Origin: Pavona decussata
Lineage: Eukaryota
Assembly (NCBI GenBank): GCA_977016875.1
Contig: CDRNST010000436.1
Coordinates: 6,572,001-6,636,000, forward strand
DNA: 64,000 nucleotides
Direction: 5' to 3'
The notes under the pieces are model-generated. The model worked only from the letters and a program-made list of their open reading frames with translations. It searched no databases and was not told where the DNA came from. A program made the translations under genes and the position numbers. Shown one piece after another: positions 43,801 through 62,120 of the stretch (positions are counted from its first letter, which is position 1; the number at the start of each line of letters is the position of its first letter).

Positions 43801-46800
43801 ATTTTCCACTAGTGAATATGTAGTTAGACACTTTTTAACTCGTGAATGCGCGTAGCGCAATGAACGAGTTATAGTGATAGTTGACTGTGGACTTGGTTGG
43901 TTAGTTGGTCGGTCGGTCGGTCGGTTTTGTCGTTAACTTTCGGGCGTGCGCAGTGAATGAGTTTTAAATTCAATTAGTGGAAAAAACACGTGAACATTTG
44001 TTGTTCACGGCGCATCAGGAAATTCTTATTCAATATGTAAGGAAATAATTTGACGATCATTTAGTGCAAGAATGGAGATTTTTCGTTCAATCTGAGCAAA
44101 GTTACAAGTTTTTTCAGTTTTTCAGAAAGTCCGGGGTCGTAAACTCAATTAGTGAAAAAAAAAAACGTGAAAATTTTTTTCACGACGCGTCAGAATTCTC
44201 TCATAATTTCATTCTGTAGAGAATAATTTGACAATCATTTTAGTGTAAGAATGGAGATTTTTCGTTGAATCTGAGCAGTTATAGGTTTTTTTCGTTTTTT
44301 CTGCAAAGTGCGGTTTCTTTTAAGAATTAAAAATAATTTAATCAAAAATAATTTAATTTGTCAGTTTTCACGCGAAAGCGGAACGTGCCATGTCACGCAT
44401 CATTAACGTCGTAAACAACATTATGCAAATTTCTGGTGAAATGAACACTTTAAGATCTTGTCAGCTTTCATAGAGGTTTCAAAGGGAAAAATGTTTCATT
44501 TTCGAAATTTACAACTGGTAATTTATGGGAAAGCAAAAGGACGCGGTCGATAAATAATTCTTATTTAGCAAGAGCTTGTCATAGTTCATTACTTTTACTT
44601 GAGGATTGCGTGGACTGAACCCCAAAGGGAAAATTTCACGCATTTATGTCGGGCATGAAATGTAATGCGATACTTTGTTGAACAGATTTCCCTTTGTGAG
44701 ATCGGCTTGCCCTACTGTAATTTTGTAATTTTAATTCCCAAAAAAACTTCACTTGCCCATCGGGCAAGTGATGGGCAGAATCCACTAGCCCGATCGCAAA
44801 ATCCAGTGGCCCCGGACTATCGGGGACACGAATTTGCATGACGTAGCTGCACATGGCGTGCTTCTATGAACTTTGAATAAAAAAAACATGTGATTTTTTT
44901 TTAATCGGCGCATCAGAATAATCTTATTCAATCTGTAGAGAATAGTTTGACAATCATTTTTATAGTACAAGAATGGTTATTTTTCGTTACATAATCGGGC
45001 AAAGATATAATTTCTTTTAGATTTCAAGGAAGTTTCCGTAGCCGTCTAAATTTCAATTACTATGTGTCATCTGCATTCACGAGTTGGCTCACAGGAGCCT
45101 TTGATTGGTACTTATTTTTAGCACCCTTGTTTTTGTCATGAATTTTTCTCACTTTTGTAAACTGCCTTAGAATTTCTGGATTTTGGTGCCATATAAAGTG
45201 TAAATGTAATATGGTAAGTTGTCAATTATAAGAAACTGAGACCCAAAAATAAATGGCAGGAGGGGGGGGGGGGGGGGAGTTGGTACTCCTCAAGATTGCA
45301 GGTGCAAGTGTAGAGCTCACCTTTTTAGACCCTTATGCATGCAGTATAAGACTGATATATGACTGTGCAATTTTACTACCCAATTTCAGAACTAACACTG
45401 CCCTTCATCAAGCCAAAATTACAAAACATATAGACATATATTTATTTAATAGCTGTTACCTTCAATAATGGCATGAGGTTTAATTATGCACAATGTGCAA
45501 TCTGAGAAGGTAGCAGTGTTTTTACCACTAAATGTTTTACCACCAAAGAAAAAATCAACTTCCTGTAACAGAGAGAAAGAGAAAGAAAAAGAAAAAAAAA
45601 ACATGTTATTTGACTGTATTAACCCTCTATCTCACCAAATGGGGACACCAAACAAACTGCAATTTGGTGCCTGTGATTTCAATTTTACATACAACAGTAT
45701 AACCGGTTTAAACTAATATAAATGACAAATGAGGTGGTAATGCGGATGAAATGATTAAAAATAATCTTTTACATTAGTTCATCCAATATTATTGCCAATT
45801 GACATTATTGAACCTTGTTATTCTAGCAGGACATGCAACACATTTTCAACTACGTTACAAAAAGGAGAAACAAACCTTGCTTCTGCAACATGAAAATTTG
45901 TGATTTGCTTTGGTGGAATACATGCACAACAAAAAATCACTGACAACTTGTCATGCAACAGTTTTTGCATGACAAGCTGCACAAAAATTGTTGCCTCTGA
46001 CCCTATTAGTAATGGCCTTCAGTGTTTAATAAACTTGTTTTCTGGAAAACTCTCAATGACATACAGATCAACACCTCTTCCCCATCAATAAGTGCTGTTC
46101 ATTAATTAAATAAATATATCAGAGGAGGAAATGCAGCTGGATATCAATTAAACCATTTCATTTTGTCAAAATGAATAAGATAAAACTGCATCACAGAATC
46201 TTACTCTTTGAGCTGACGCCGGTGAATCTGAGCCATGAGCAGCATTCTTTGTATTGTCTAAATGGAGATTAAAATATATAACAATCAGTCATTTCAGATC
46301 AAGAAATTCTAATAATTGCTGATTTCAATTTATGTGATTTCTGTAAAAAAAAAAAATAAATAACATTTCCCTACCTGTGCCAAACTTGGCTCTGATAGAC
46401 ACTGGAGCTTTGTTCCTTGCTGTAGCTGAGTCTGTTGGTCCTAACAATGTTCGCCACTTTTCAATAGCATTTGGGCCCTTCAGTTCCATGGCAACAACTG
46501 GACCACTTTTGACAAACTCCACCAAGTAACTTGGAAAGAGTCAAAATAATAATTATATTTATTTAATGCACCTTTCCCCTAAACTTCAAAACTTAATTTA
46601 AGAGTGGCATTTTCTTCTGCTGTAATTATAGTTAAGGGAACAATCTTACAGTGACTGACAGATCATAGATTAAATAAAGAAAGCAACAAAGTGGTTTAAA
46701 ATCTGCCAATCTTCCTGTACAAACATAACCACTGAGCTAAACATACTTTTTCTCTTGAGAGACATGCATTACAATGTTTGATGGCAGTAAAAAATGTAAT

Positions 46801-47577
46801 TGGTTCTGGTTTGACTTTTGGCTTTCACATATTATTGAAAGATACAGTAAATATAGGAATATCCAATACAGTGACTGTGATGTAAGTGTGCAGGAGGTAG
46901 TTGTCTGTCATGACACAAATAACATTGTACATTCATGTAAACTGTGTTTCTTCCTCCTTGTCCTTTTTCACTTTTTCTCTGTCTTTCTATCTTTAATAAC
47001 AACTGCGAATTATTTTGATTTTTGCTATGAATGCTATTAATAATAATTAATAGTATTCATAGCAAAAATGATTATACTGGTATGTGTAATTTAAATATTT
47101 GGAAAATAATTCTAACATTTCTGTAAAGTATTTGAATGCGTGAGTTGAATAAAATTTACTTGAATTGTGATGGGGCCGCCAAACTTGAACCATGAACACT
47201 GTTATCATGTCTGGAAAGTTATGTGACATGACAGGTAAACCTGAGTCAGGGCTAGACAAATTAATAATAGTTATAATAGTGCACACCATACTTACTTGAA
47301 AAAAGGTTTTCCTTGGTGTTCAGCATAAAACTTTGAGGCCTGATCACTAGGTTGTAAAATTGCAAGTAAAAGAAGTTAGAATACATGTTATTTGACATCT
47401 GTACATGTCTTTAATGAACATATACCATAAAATACCAGAATCTTGTTTGAAATAGCGAAATGTGATATGTATTAACATTAACAGTTATATTTATGTGTCA
47501 TAATTCCGATATATTTGTACGTAATCAATGACCCGCCTTGTAATTCAGTTTATGCTGCAGAAAGGTTGAATAAACGA

Positions 47578-47645
<68 letters not shown>

Positions 47646-49713
47646 CACAGGATAGAAACTCACGCTGAGAGCCAGACCATTTTAGCTTGACAAATATGGA
47701 AGCCTCCCTGATGGATCATGTCAATTATACTCCCTACACAAAGTACATGTAAAAAGTGTTAATGTTTAATTCAGCACCCTCTCCAACAAAAATGTGTAAA
47801 ATAATAACCTACCCATCTGTGAGACAGCATCTGGCTTTATCATAGCTAGTGTTCTGGTAAAAATAACAATCAATCAATCTTTTTTCATTAATAAAGAAAA
47901 CTTCAAAAAATCCACATCAATATCTAATTGTCAAAACTAAATAAGACAACTCACTTCTCATTTACGCTTTTCAGAAGGTTTGAAGTACGTTGATCAGCAT
48001 AATCTGTTATTGTCAACTGTAAAAACATAAACAATAAAAGTAAAAACAATCAGTTACTAATTTGCTGCACTGAGAAAACAGGTTTATCCAGTGGATAGCA
48101 CTAAAATCCAAGCTTTGTGCAACAACTCATTATCCAGCTGACAGCAGTTTTACTAGTTTGGCAAATAGGCATAAACACTGGTTAATTACATCTGCTCTTT
48201 AAATAACTGGTGCTAGATGTATATTTCTAAGAAGAGGATGTCAGAAGTGGGTCTATTAAAGATGGAATTTTTCATTTTACTCACACACCCTCAAAATGAA
48301 AAAAAAGAAGAAGCATTTTTAGGCTAATTAATTTACAGGCTTCATAAACTGATTTTACAGCACCCATGAAATAGAATGTAGACCTGTTTCACAGGTTTTG
48401 TAAAACCACACCACTAAAATTAAAAAAAATAATGAATTAAGTTAACTTAGTATGAGTTGTATTACCTGACGAGAATGAATGTGAATAATAGCTCCAATGG
48501 AAAGATGATGAAGTTGAAGGCCGTCTATCACTGACCGTTTCAGAAAAAGACGCCGATTCTTGATGTCGTACTGGAAGAAAGGTCAAAAGATTTTTTATTT
48601 AGAAATAGCAAAAATAACAATGATTTGTTAAGACACGGAAAACCAGTGAACCTCTCATCATCGGTTGCAGATGTTAAGCTATTGGCCTTGCGTCCTTACT
48701 TTGTACTAAACAAAATGCAAGCAGGCCATGATTGGAACTGGTTTGTCATTTTAGCGTCTTAACCTGTTTGAATGACCTGATCAAACCTAGCAAACAGAAA
48801 ATTGTGTCACAAGCAGTGACTGACATTAAGCATGATGAAACTACAAGAAAACACAGCTGCCATAAGTTAGGGTGATGATATCACAAGGGATGCGTTTTTT
48901 ACTGATATTATTATACATCTGATTGGTTGAAACTTTGAAGCTACAGTAGAACCATTCTAATTCAAATTCGGTTAACTCAAACTACCTGCTACCTGTTAGC
49001 TTGAACATTATCCGATTTCCCCCGGATTTTACCCCATTTTTTTCAGCCATTTACTATCAGCTAACCTGAACTTCAGGTTAACTAGAACTCCTAGCTAACT
49101 CAAACTAAGTTTACTTTCCCTTGACTCAAATTTACCACCTGGCAAACCTCAAAAGATCGGAATATAGCTGATTGATTGGACGTGTTTAATGGTAAGCTTA
49201 TTAGGGACCTTTAGATATAATATGAGTATGAGTACAACTTTCAAACCAGTCATATTCCTTGGACTCTTGCTCTTTCCTGTTGCTTAACAGTAGATAAAGG
49301 GACTGCATAAGAACGGGAATGGTGTGACAAGTGGCTGTATATTAATCACGCCAACTAAATTTGAAAAGTTGTACTCAAGATCAGAACCGTATGTACACTT
49401 AGCTTAATGCAGTTGTAACCTTTTTTAAGGAGCTGGTGGGCATACAGGGGTTTCGTTATAGACAAAATCAGTTCTCTGAATTGAAAATGATTTACAATAA
49501 ATACAGTATAACAAACTTGCTTACCATCTCAACAGACAAGTCACTGGGATAGTAAAGAAGCTGGTATTTTCTCGTCAGTGAAGCCAGAGAGTCGTACCAT
49601 TCCGCCAAAAACGCATACCGTTCATCTGAAGCAGCCTGTCAATATAGAAATATGTAATCAAGTTATCTCACATTTACTTGATAGAAAAGAAAGACGGAAA
49701 ACTAGCTTACCAT
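40822..49713 (-). CDS. NME7: Nucleoside diphosphate kinase 7 (DM10 domain plus two NDK domains)
   Basis: Exons 49713-49711 (ATG only), 49635-49525, 48570-48466, 48016-47955, 47853-47813, 47733-47664, 47346-47296, 46529-46375, 46257-46205, 45562-45460, 43653-43589, 42947-42879, 42476-42375, 41753-41646, 40854-40822. Motifs: FLAEWYD, TLAMIKPDA, NAAHGSDS, TLCIIKPHA, GPADPEIARHLRPGTLRA, NAVHCTDLPEDG, EVQYFFKVLDH*. Confidence 0.96.
43832..45113 (+). mobile_element. Non-autonomous Helentron (HINE/DINE-1-like) element
   Basis: 5' T-run, subterminal IR AACTCGTGAATGC with a nearby partial inverse (..ACGAGTT), (GGTC)n microsatellite, internal ~140 bp sub-repeats, then 3' GCATTCACGAGTT followed by a GGCTC-acag-GAGCC stem-loop and a T-rich end. 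Confidence 0.75.
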
Positions 49714-49877
49714 AGCGAAATTTGACGAGCTAAAACCAGCCTGCAAGTTTGGATCAGGCGCTTCTGTTGTTTTTAGCAACGAGAGGGCCTCGTTTCTATG
49801 CATCACCAACTTGGTTCCAGTCTGCTGCAGCCGCATAAATCACACGCCTGTTCGAAATTGGCCTGTTTGTTTAATTT
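49714..49877. promoter_or_regulatory. Compact bidirectional promoter/5'UTR region between NME7 and HMT with an RFX X-box-like motif
   Basis: Divergent start codons are separated by 164 bp; GTTGTT-TTT-AGCAAC at 49766-49780 fits the X-box pattern. Confidence 0.6.
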
Positions 49878-52800
49878 ATGGCAAGTACACAATACTATCC
49901 TGAATATCTTGTGTTAGATGGAGGTTTAGCAACAGAATTAATCAGAGCTGGATTTGATATTAATGTACGTCCTTTAGCATGACCCTGTCAACCGAACTAG
50001 TGAATTTATGGTGACATACTATTGTGTGTATTTTATTTTCTCAGGACGATCCACTATGGAGCGCAAGAATTCTTGTCGAAAATCCAGAGGCTATCAAATC
50101 TGTTCATAAAAGGTTATGTCTGTATATAAATCGCCATAGATTTTTCAGTAACAACAGACTCGATTCCCTGATAGAATGTTGGTCTAGTGTTGTTCTTGCA
50201 CCGAACTGCTAACAAATTGCACTATAAATTAAAGGCTAAAATGTATATGAAAAAGTGATTTTCATTTTTCAGTTTCCTTCAAAGTGGAGCAAATGTTGTA
50301 ATAACCGCCACTTATCAGGTAAGCCAGAAATGTCTTTCGTTTGGGAAATAATTATTTTTGATACTTTCAAGTATTATTTGAATCCTTGTGTTTGATTTTT
50401 AGGCCAGTTTAGGGGGCCTTTTACACCACTGTGGTCTTGAAAAGAGTGAGGCCTTAACAGTAATTCACAAGGCTGTTGAAATAGCACAAGATGCTTGTAA
50501 TGAAATATGCAGGTAATAATAATAAATATTATTTATTTAAGGTGCAACCAATTGAGCAGTACTAGTTAATGCAGATATAAATGTTAAACGCCCTGCTAGC
50601 TGAGGGGGGTGAATAGGAGTATGTAAATCCGCTGTTCCGCTAAAATTAATGGCTGAATCCGTTGATCCCTTAAAAAAAATCAACTAAATCTGTATCTGCA
50701 AATTGTTTGCCGCATTAGATGATACACGAGATACAAAGCGACTTCGGTATCGGAGTTGCCTTGTGTGATATTGTGTTTTAGCATTGAGCTCGAGGATGAC
50801 TATCAACGAACTATTTATGTAACCAACGTCTGTATTGAAACAAAATCTTGCAGATACTAGAAAAAAGAGCAATTTTGAACTTCCTAACAACCAAAATCCA
50901 AAATCCGGGCCCCAAAACTGGATAAAACCGTGATCCGCTGTGATCATAGGATCCGCATATCCATTAAAATTTCGCTCTGAATCCAGAATCCGGGCTAAAA
51001 TATTTACCAAATCCGCCGATCCGTAGACCTATTCACCCCCCTCCTAGCTGCTGATGGACACATCTCCTTTCAGTCATCTCTTAAGCTGATGTTGGGAACT
51101 GATGTTTATGCATTGACTAGTGCATAAATTGAATGCTGGAATGATGGAACCCCTTGGCATTATGCCTGAGAATAATTGTGAAAATATTCATGGAATATTG
51201 TATGTGTTTTATGTGACTATTACTGATCTTTAGTTTCTTGTAGTTCCAATAAAATTCCAGAGAATATATTTTTGGTATAATTTCATGGCGGCACATTTAC
51301 AGTTCAAATCCAAGAAACCAAAGGAGACTGCTTGTAGCTGGATCAGTAGGGCCATATGGAGCCTGTCAGCATGATGGATCTGAATATACCGGAAAATATG
51401 TTGACAACATGACAATACAGGTAAATATGAAGACTGCAAAACTAACAAAACTGCATCAATTTGGCAATAAATTGAGAGTTGAAAAGGGGTGGAAGTTCAG
51501 ATCATGTATCACAGAAATAGATGAATCATTTCAATCTATTGTAAATGTGATTCCCAATTTTTGGTTGGTCACTATGAAGTAACCTTTCATAACAATTGTG
51601 CACGTGAAGAAAAACCTTCCCTTCTTCCCAAAACACGGAAATTCGCAAGTCTCAAAAAAGACGTAAACTAAACCTAAAACTGATCAAATAAAATTTTCAC
51701 CTCATTGCAAACAAACTCCTTTATTGCAGGAACTTATGAACTGGCACAGGCCCAGAGTGGAAGCCTTGCTTCAAGCTGGAGCTGATATCCTTGCTCTGGA
51801 GACCATCCCTGCTCTGGTTTGTCTCACATTCAAATATCTTCTCTTGTTACCCCTTCCCCTTTCACTCACTCATCAAAATGCAGGGAGAAAGAGGGGAGAG
51901 CTGAATTTCCAGCTTTTTGTACTTTGAAAACCTGCAACGATTTTCAGACAAGTTAACTTCCAGGGAAAAAATTCAGAAAATTTTATTTTAAGCACCACTT
52001 TAAAAATTGCTGTTCACACCCTCTCCTCTAAAGCTTCCTCAAGATCTTCCCTCAACTCCTTTACTCTTGCCACCCCTCCCCCCCACTACCCCACAGCTCC
52101 CTCTGATAAGAAAAAGTAACAAATTATGGACTCCCAGAAAGCAGAATCCCTTAGCCACTGCTCCTGGAGCTAATAAGACGGTGGAGCAGTCAAATGCAAA
52201 AGCAGTAAGTGAAAAATGAATTGCAATACTATAGGAAATGGGCACCAGCACTTCTCTCCTCTTTCATTCAGCTCATGCTGATCTTCCTTTCCACCTCAAA
52301 ATCTAAACACCTGGAATAGTCCAAAGACAACTCCCCACAATGGAACACTTAAGATACCCATGAGGGATAACTTTGTACAGCGAGACTGACTGTGAAAGGC
52401 TCACCCATAACCTCCCAACAGGCAAATCTTGTTTATGGTCAATCTGGCAACACCCAACTATCACTGTAAAACTTTGTACAGGACTATTATATGAAGACTG
52501 TAGAAGGAATCACCAACCCAATGCAAGGCTGTATTATTTGTAGATCTTTAGTTCTTGCTATATTTGCATCTTTCCTTCTGTAGAAAGAGGCAGAGGCTTT
52601 GATTCAGCTTCTGAAAGAATTTCCCACTGCAAAAGCTTGGCTATCTTTGTCATGCCAGGTGAGAGCAAGATTCTTGTTTGCTTTTGTCTTAGATCTATCT
52701 GCCTTGTAATAGTTTTTAAGTGGTTCCAGCTTAATCACCCTTCACTTTGCTTGGCGGTTTGATAATTTTAGGATGGAAGTCACACTTGCCATGGAGAACT

Positions 52801-54516
52801 GTTCTGTGATGTCCTCAAAGTTGTCAACCAGTCAGCACAGGTAAGTAAAATAATATATTCAAAAAGTACTTCAGTGTTCCCAACCAAATTGCATTTTGTA
52901 TTGTTCCATCAACATTTCCAAATTCCAATTCGTATTGGAGAGTGTTCCCAAATAGTGCTCTGCGCTAAATACATTGACTTAAATAAAATGAAAGAAAATA
53001 CCTGTTTTCATTGGTAATTTGTATGTTGGTTATTGATTCTTTTTCTCTTCTAGATTGTTGCTGTGGGTGTGAACTGTATCTCTCCAATATTTGTGAAGGT
53101 TTGCATCTGATATAAACCATTAAATGTTGGTCCTTGTAAGGATTATATTATTTTGGAAAACAAATTTTGTTTTCCAAAAGAATATAATCCTTACAAGGGC
53201 CATGAGGGCCACCTGTTTTCACTATCTATATTTTCATGTTCTGATTACTGATTACTTTCACCTCCACCCCACAAGGGCCATGGCTCCTTGAATAGTGAGC
53301 AAAAATTATAAATCTTGCTTTGCATGGTTTTGGGAGGGGAAGGTAGTGCATCATTATCGTTCCCAGTTCTCTACCCTACCAAGGGGTGTGCTCACAGGCT
53401 TCATGGTCACAAAGGCCACCGCCAGCAAATTCTGTCCAAAGGAAGCTTGTAGACGGCTTCAACTTACAAGTTTGACATTTTATTATTTTGTGTTCATGGC
53501 ACCATTGCCTGATAGTGTTCATCCAGTCTTTATTGCAGAGCATCAAAGGCAAAGTTGATCTGCCTTTTGTTGTTTATCCCAACAGTGGTGAAAAGTGGAA
53601 AGATGGAAAGTGAGTGACTAGCTATGTTTACCGTCAGTTTACTTGATGGTGCTTTTTTGTAAAATATGTAACAGGAAAAGTTGCACATTATTAAGGTTTT
53701 ATTCTCATAGTGAGAGTTAGCATTTTTAATGCTGTTAAATGCAATTGAACTAAGTTAACAACAAAGAAAAGTTGGCATTCATTGGGCGGTCAGCAGCTCT
53801 TGGTAGAAAGCGCATGTGCAGAGCACTGCATCATGGTTGCGTTTAAGCGTGGCAGACTTTGTGGAGTTTCTGGTTGGTTCGTCTCGGTTTTTCTGCCCCT
53901 CCCCCCTTGTTTTCCCCTTTTCCACTCCTTACACAGTGTGATGAGTGTCCAGATGACTGGGCGTGGGTGCTCATGGCTGGGTTGCGGGGATTGCCAGCCA
54001 TGGGAGCGTGTTACTGTCTAGGGCCGGCTGGTCACAGTGGAGGCCCCTGGCACTTCCTGGGCACCCTTCTTCCACTCAGCTTAATGCTGTTGTTAACCTG
54101 GTTTATCATAACTCTATCATGGTTTTAGAAAACAGTCAATTTAGATACTAGACTTGGTATCAGATTTAGACTTCCTTCTAAATTCCTCTCTTCTTTAGAT
54201 GGGACTGCAGTGGGGCTGTACAGTTTTCCAGTTATGTTGAGGAATGGATTGAAGCTGGTGCTCACTGGATTGGTAAGTTTGACTCATTGATGCACAGCTG
54301 GTGCTTTTCATCAGGCTTTCTATTGTTACCATTTAAATCTGAGGAGGCTTTTGGTTATTGTTTCTACTGTGTTGAGCCTAAAATTCAAAGCGAAGTAAAC
54401 ATACTAGAACTGATTCATATTTGTCCTGTTGGTACTGATTTGTAGGAGGATGCTGCCGCACACAGCCAAGGGATATAGAAAACATACGAGAAATAGTGGA
54501 CAGACATGGACAGTGA
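49878..54516 (+). CDS. Homocysteine S-methyltransferase (mmuM/HMT type)
   Basis: Exons 49878-49964, 50045-50112, 50273-50318, 50403-50512, 51303-51420, 51730-51816, 52584-52658, 52772-52840, 53054-53098, 53527-53609, 54199-54272, 54446-54516. Motifs LDGGLATEL, DPLWSA, TATYQ, AGSVGPYGA..DGSEYTG, LETIP, GVNC, VYPNSGE, IGGCCRT (Zn-binding cysteines). Confidence 0.94.
50602..51043. mobile_element. MITE with 16 bp perfect TIR and apparent 6 bp TSD
   Basis: ctagct|GAGGGGGGTGAATAGG ... CCTATTCACCCCCCTC|ctagct; internal ATCCG repeats. Confidence 0.85.
53129..53201. repeat. Near-perfect 73 bp palindrome in an HMT intron
   Basis: GGTCCTTGTAAGGATTATATTATTTTGGAAAACAAA-T-TTTGTTTTCCAAAAGAATATAATCCTTACAAGGGCC. 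Confidence 0.9.
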
Positions 54517-54721
54517 TCAAACAAAACCAGCTTCAAATTGGATTGTATAGTTTTTCACAAAACTTTGACCAAAAAAACAATGCTTTAAATGATGTATCTT
54601 ACTACACTGTGAGAACTAAATAACAATAACAAAAAAAAAAACAGTGAAGCGCTTAGTTAAAAAACCACTTTCATATACGTGTCAAGATTTATGTATATAA
54701 GGCTTGCGCAGTCTGTCACAT

Positions 54722-54887
54722 TATTTAGTAAAATAAGTCACCCTCTCCAATTTGATTGGTCAATAAAATGGCCCATTACTAGTCACACAAATTTTTCCTA
54801 AATTTGCCACAAAAAGTGGGGTGACTGTGTCAATGGGCCATTTTTAATGACCAATCAAATTGGAGAGGGTGACATATTTTACCAAAT
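54722..54887. repeat. Inverted repeat (~55 bp arms) downstream of HMT
   Basis: GTAAAATAAGTCACCCTCTCCAATTTGATTGGTCAATAAAATGGCCCATT versus AATGGGCCATTTTTAATGACCAATCAAATTGGAGAGGGTGACATATTTTAC. Confidence 0.85.
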
Positions 54888-55845
54888 GATTGCTCCAAAT
54901 AGAAAAATAATATCTGAGCAGGAGTGTTATCTGTGTATCAACAAAGAAGCTAAAACCATGAATTACACTTTGGACGGTTGGAAACAAAAGAGAAATTTTG
55001 AAAGTACTTGGCTCTGGTTCATGCTTTCTACATTAATTTCTTTCTTGTATTCATGTATTGGTGCAAATGCTGTCATGTTCTATAACAGTATAATAACAGT
55101 TTTACCTTCACTGTGCTGAATGTATCACAATTTGCAAGTGCTAAATGAAAATGTGCTGTCGTAATTTCCCAATACCAACAAAGGGGTAATGAATGTGTAT
55201 ATCTCTTGTTGGTGCACTCAGTGGATAAAGCCAAAGATTTGTTTCCACTCCCTCAATGATGCAGCTCCACAGTTTCTTCAGAAACTAACCCCCTCATTTG
55301 TTGCTGGTGTACAACAAAAATATCACGACAACGACACAAAGTAGTAGTTTTACCTTTAATTCAAATTTCTTCAGTTGCCAGAATACCAGCTGCAACAATA
55401 ATAAAATAATTATTGTCCAGCAATGCCTGTACCAGACAAGAATACTGCAAGCTGTTTATTTAAAAATAAACTTGTTTCACACAATATCTGAATATATTAA
55501 AATGATGTTATCTTGTAAATAGTGCCCAATAACATAAAATATGTTTTGATTTTTTTGAAACCTGTCTACTGCATTCCAAAGTGCCGTAAACCCTCTGAGA
55601 ATATTTTGAGTGCAGTGTGATGTAGTATATATTTAGAAATGTGAATTATAATTTTGCATTTTCCGTTTTCAATAAAAACAATCACTGTTACAAACTGAAA
55701 TGAGGTTGCATAACCTACACATCAGATCCTGAAAACAACGTATTCCAATTAACAGTAGTTAGTGTCTGTCCAATTAATGACAACTCCTTTTGAAGGGTAC
55801 CACTGCAAGATTTTCCAGGAAGTGTGAATACCGAAGAGACTTGTT

Positions 55846-62120
<6,275 letters not shown>

